Shown here one piece after another: positions 62,374-64,000 of a DNA stretch of 64,000 bases (its first letter is position 1; each line of letters opens with the position of its first letter). The position numbers were made by a program, and so were the translations under genes. The stretch is taken from assembly GCA_026770705.1 (NCBI GenBank), contig JANJGN010000032.1, positions 14,632,001-14,696,000 of the forward strand. The letters run 5' to 3'. The DNA is from Isurus oxyrinchus (Eukaryota). A model generated the notes under the pieces. The model saw nothing but the letters and a program-made list of their open reading frames with translations, had not been told where the DNA came from and did not search any database.

Positions 62374-64000
62374 GATCCTGATGTTCTCCTCCTGCAGGAT
62401 CAAAGGTTTAGCATATGTCTCCCAAGGACCTCTTTTGGTTAAGTCTCCGGCTCCAGCTATGTCTCAAGGCCCCTTCATTCATGCCGGAGTGTGCTGGCCA
62501 CCACTTGGATGGCCAGTGTTTTGTGCACCTCGTGGCTGTCCAAAACCCAACCCACCTCCACCCCACTCCACTTGACTGAATGGCAGCAGGTTTGGCCACT
62601 TGACTGTATGCTGTGCTCTCAGTTCAGGCGCAGGCATTCTCCTAACCCACACTGCAAGGCTGCACTGTTAGCTTGAACCATGAAGATTACTGATCTAACC
62701 TGAAAAAATACATTGCAAGAGGCTGAGCGCCTCCATCAGTGACTGTTCCATGCCCACCTTTCACAAGGGGATTCTACAACTTGCCTAGTTATCCAATTGT
62801 TCTGCAGCCCCCTAAAACTCACATTAATTTGCAGTCTGTGCCCAAGCGATGAAAAGTTCTTGAGCATTTGGCGGCACATTCATGCTTTTGCATTGAATGG
62901 GCAGAAAAGCTTCAGAGGCCTGACTCCAATCATGTCAATGGAGCTGCTGCTGAACGGTCTCAGCTGCGGAAGAATGCTCACTTTTGACAAGCTTTTCCAA
63001 GTGCGTGACTGTTTCCCTCATCCCCACTCCCACTCACTATCCAGCATGTGCTTGTGTAATTCCATCAGTCTGTGCTGCCTTGCCCCTCCACAGCCCCACC
63101 TGCACTGGAGCCCTTGCCGTGACACTGCACTGAAAGCCAGCCGGGAAAAAGCAACTTGCCTGTGGCCCCCCCCAAATGCACGGCGCCTCTTCCTTGATGT
63201 CCTACGGGTGATCCTCACAACTGCTGCACAAGGTTGTGTGCACTCACCTCCGCGTTCCCCTCGAAGTTCAGTTCGCCAGGTGCTCGCCTGTTAAAGGCAG
63301 TCATAAATCACAATGTTCTGAAGCCACACTGACATGGGAATTATATTTTGACATGGGGAATGATTCTGGCGAGCAGGCACAACAACGAGATGCAAACGCA
63401 TTAAAATTAAGTTCCCAACATTGGACAGCGGGAAACGTGGCTCAGCATTGATGGGGGGAGGGAATATCACCGCCTGGATTTACGTTGCTGGGTTATGTGA
63501 CTTGGGCCATCTTGCAATATTTTCCCCTCATGCCGCCAAATATGCCCAGCACAAATGGGAGCGGAAAATTCCAGTTATAGGTTCTCTGAGGGAGAGGGAT
63601 CATTCTAACTTATCTGTGAGGATATAACAATTTATTGCAATTTTTCCAGTTTACAGATATTACATTTTGGCTTTCACACTTTTCAATAGAAGGAAATTGA
63701 AGTTAATTCATAGCAAATTATCAGCTCTCTCGAGTTCTATTTTACAAGGTTTCTCCAGTCAACTTATTACGTCACTCTTTATTATCTAACGAATACAGTA
63801 TTTCACCTCCCAGCTCAAATTAGCATAGAAAACAGAGCCTATTTATTACCATAATTAATCTGTATTACTCTAAAATTCTAAATACCAAAGCCTTTCCTAT
63901 TCATAGTTATTTCCCAAGTCATTTAAACAGAATAAAAGCTCTTTTGTCTCACAATATCTCTACATTGCAGTGCCTCAGTCAATTCTAATTGTAACCTTGA

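Larger units (their letters stand above)
58139..63576. mobile_element. PIF/Harbinger element 2, two convergent genes (degenerate autonomous type)
   Basis: Degenerate TIRs AGGCAGAAT../..AAAATTCCAGTT, possible TSD ATA, Myb gene on + and DDE nuclease on -. Confidence 0.85.

Overview
This is eukaryotic, repeat-dense DNA with no recognisable host protein-coding exon, tRNA, rRNA or CRISPR array. The repeat content (Penelope-like GIY-YIG elements, CR1/L2/Tx1 LINEs, Deu-type and LF-SINE-like SINEs, Harbinger transposons) suggests a cartilaginous fish, probably a shark (inference). The main structure is a 7.5-kb RT-less endogenous retrovirus at 39680-47172 (TG..CA LTRs, ACGTT TSD, 18-nt tRNA-Ser(GCU) PBS) inserted in a Tx1 LINE. 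It is a mosaic of two retroviruses: two MA-like, two integrase and two unrelated env segments, one gamma-type (CWIC) and one resembling lokiretrovirus/F-like env. The locus then underwent an inversion with a ~5.5-kb inverted duplication (24.6-30.1 kb vs 42.1-48.2 kb), which can be reconstructed from split TSDs and a hybrid Penelope. Penelope insertions recur with inverted arms, a tail on one end only, 13-16 bp TSDs, hammerhead-like motifs with a variant core, and patches copied from nearby DNA. Two large Harbinger elements occupy 51.8-63.6 kb. All alignments were done by eye, and family names come from recalled motifs, not database searches.
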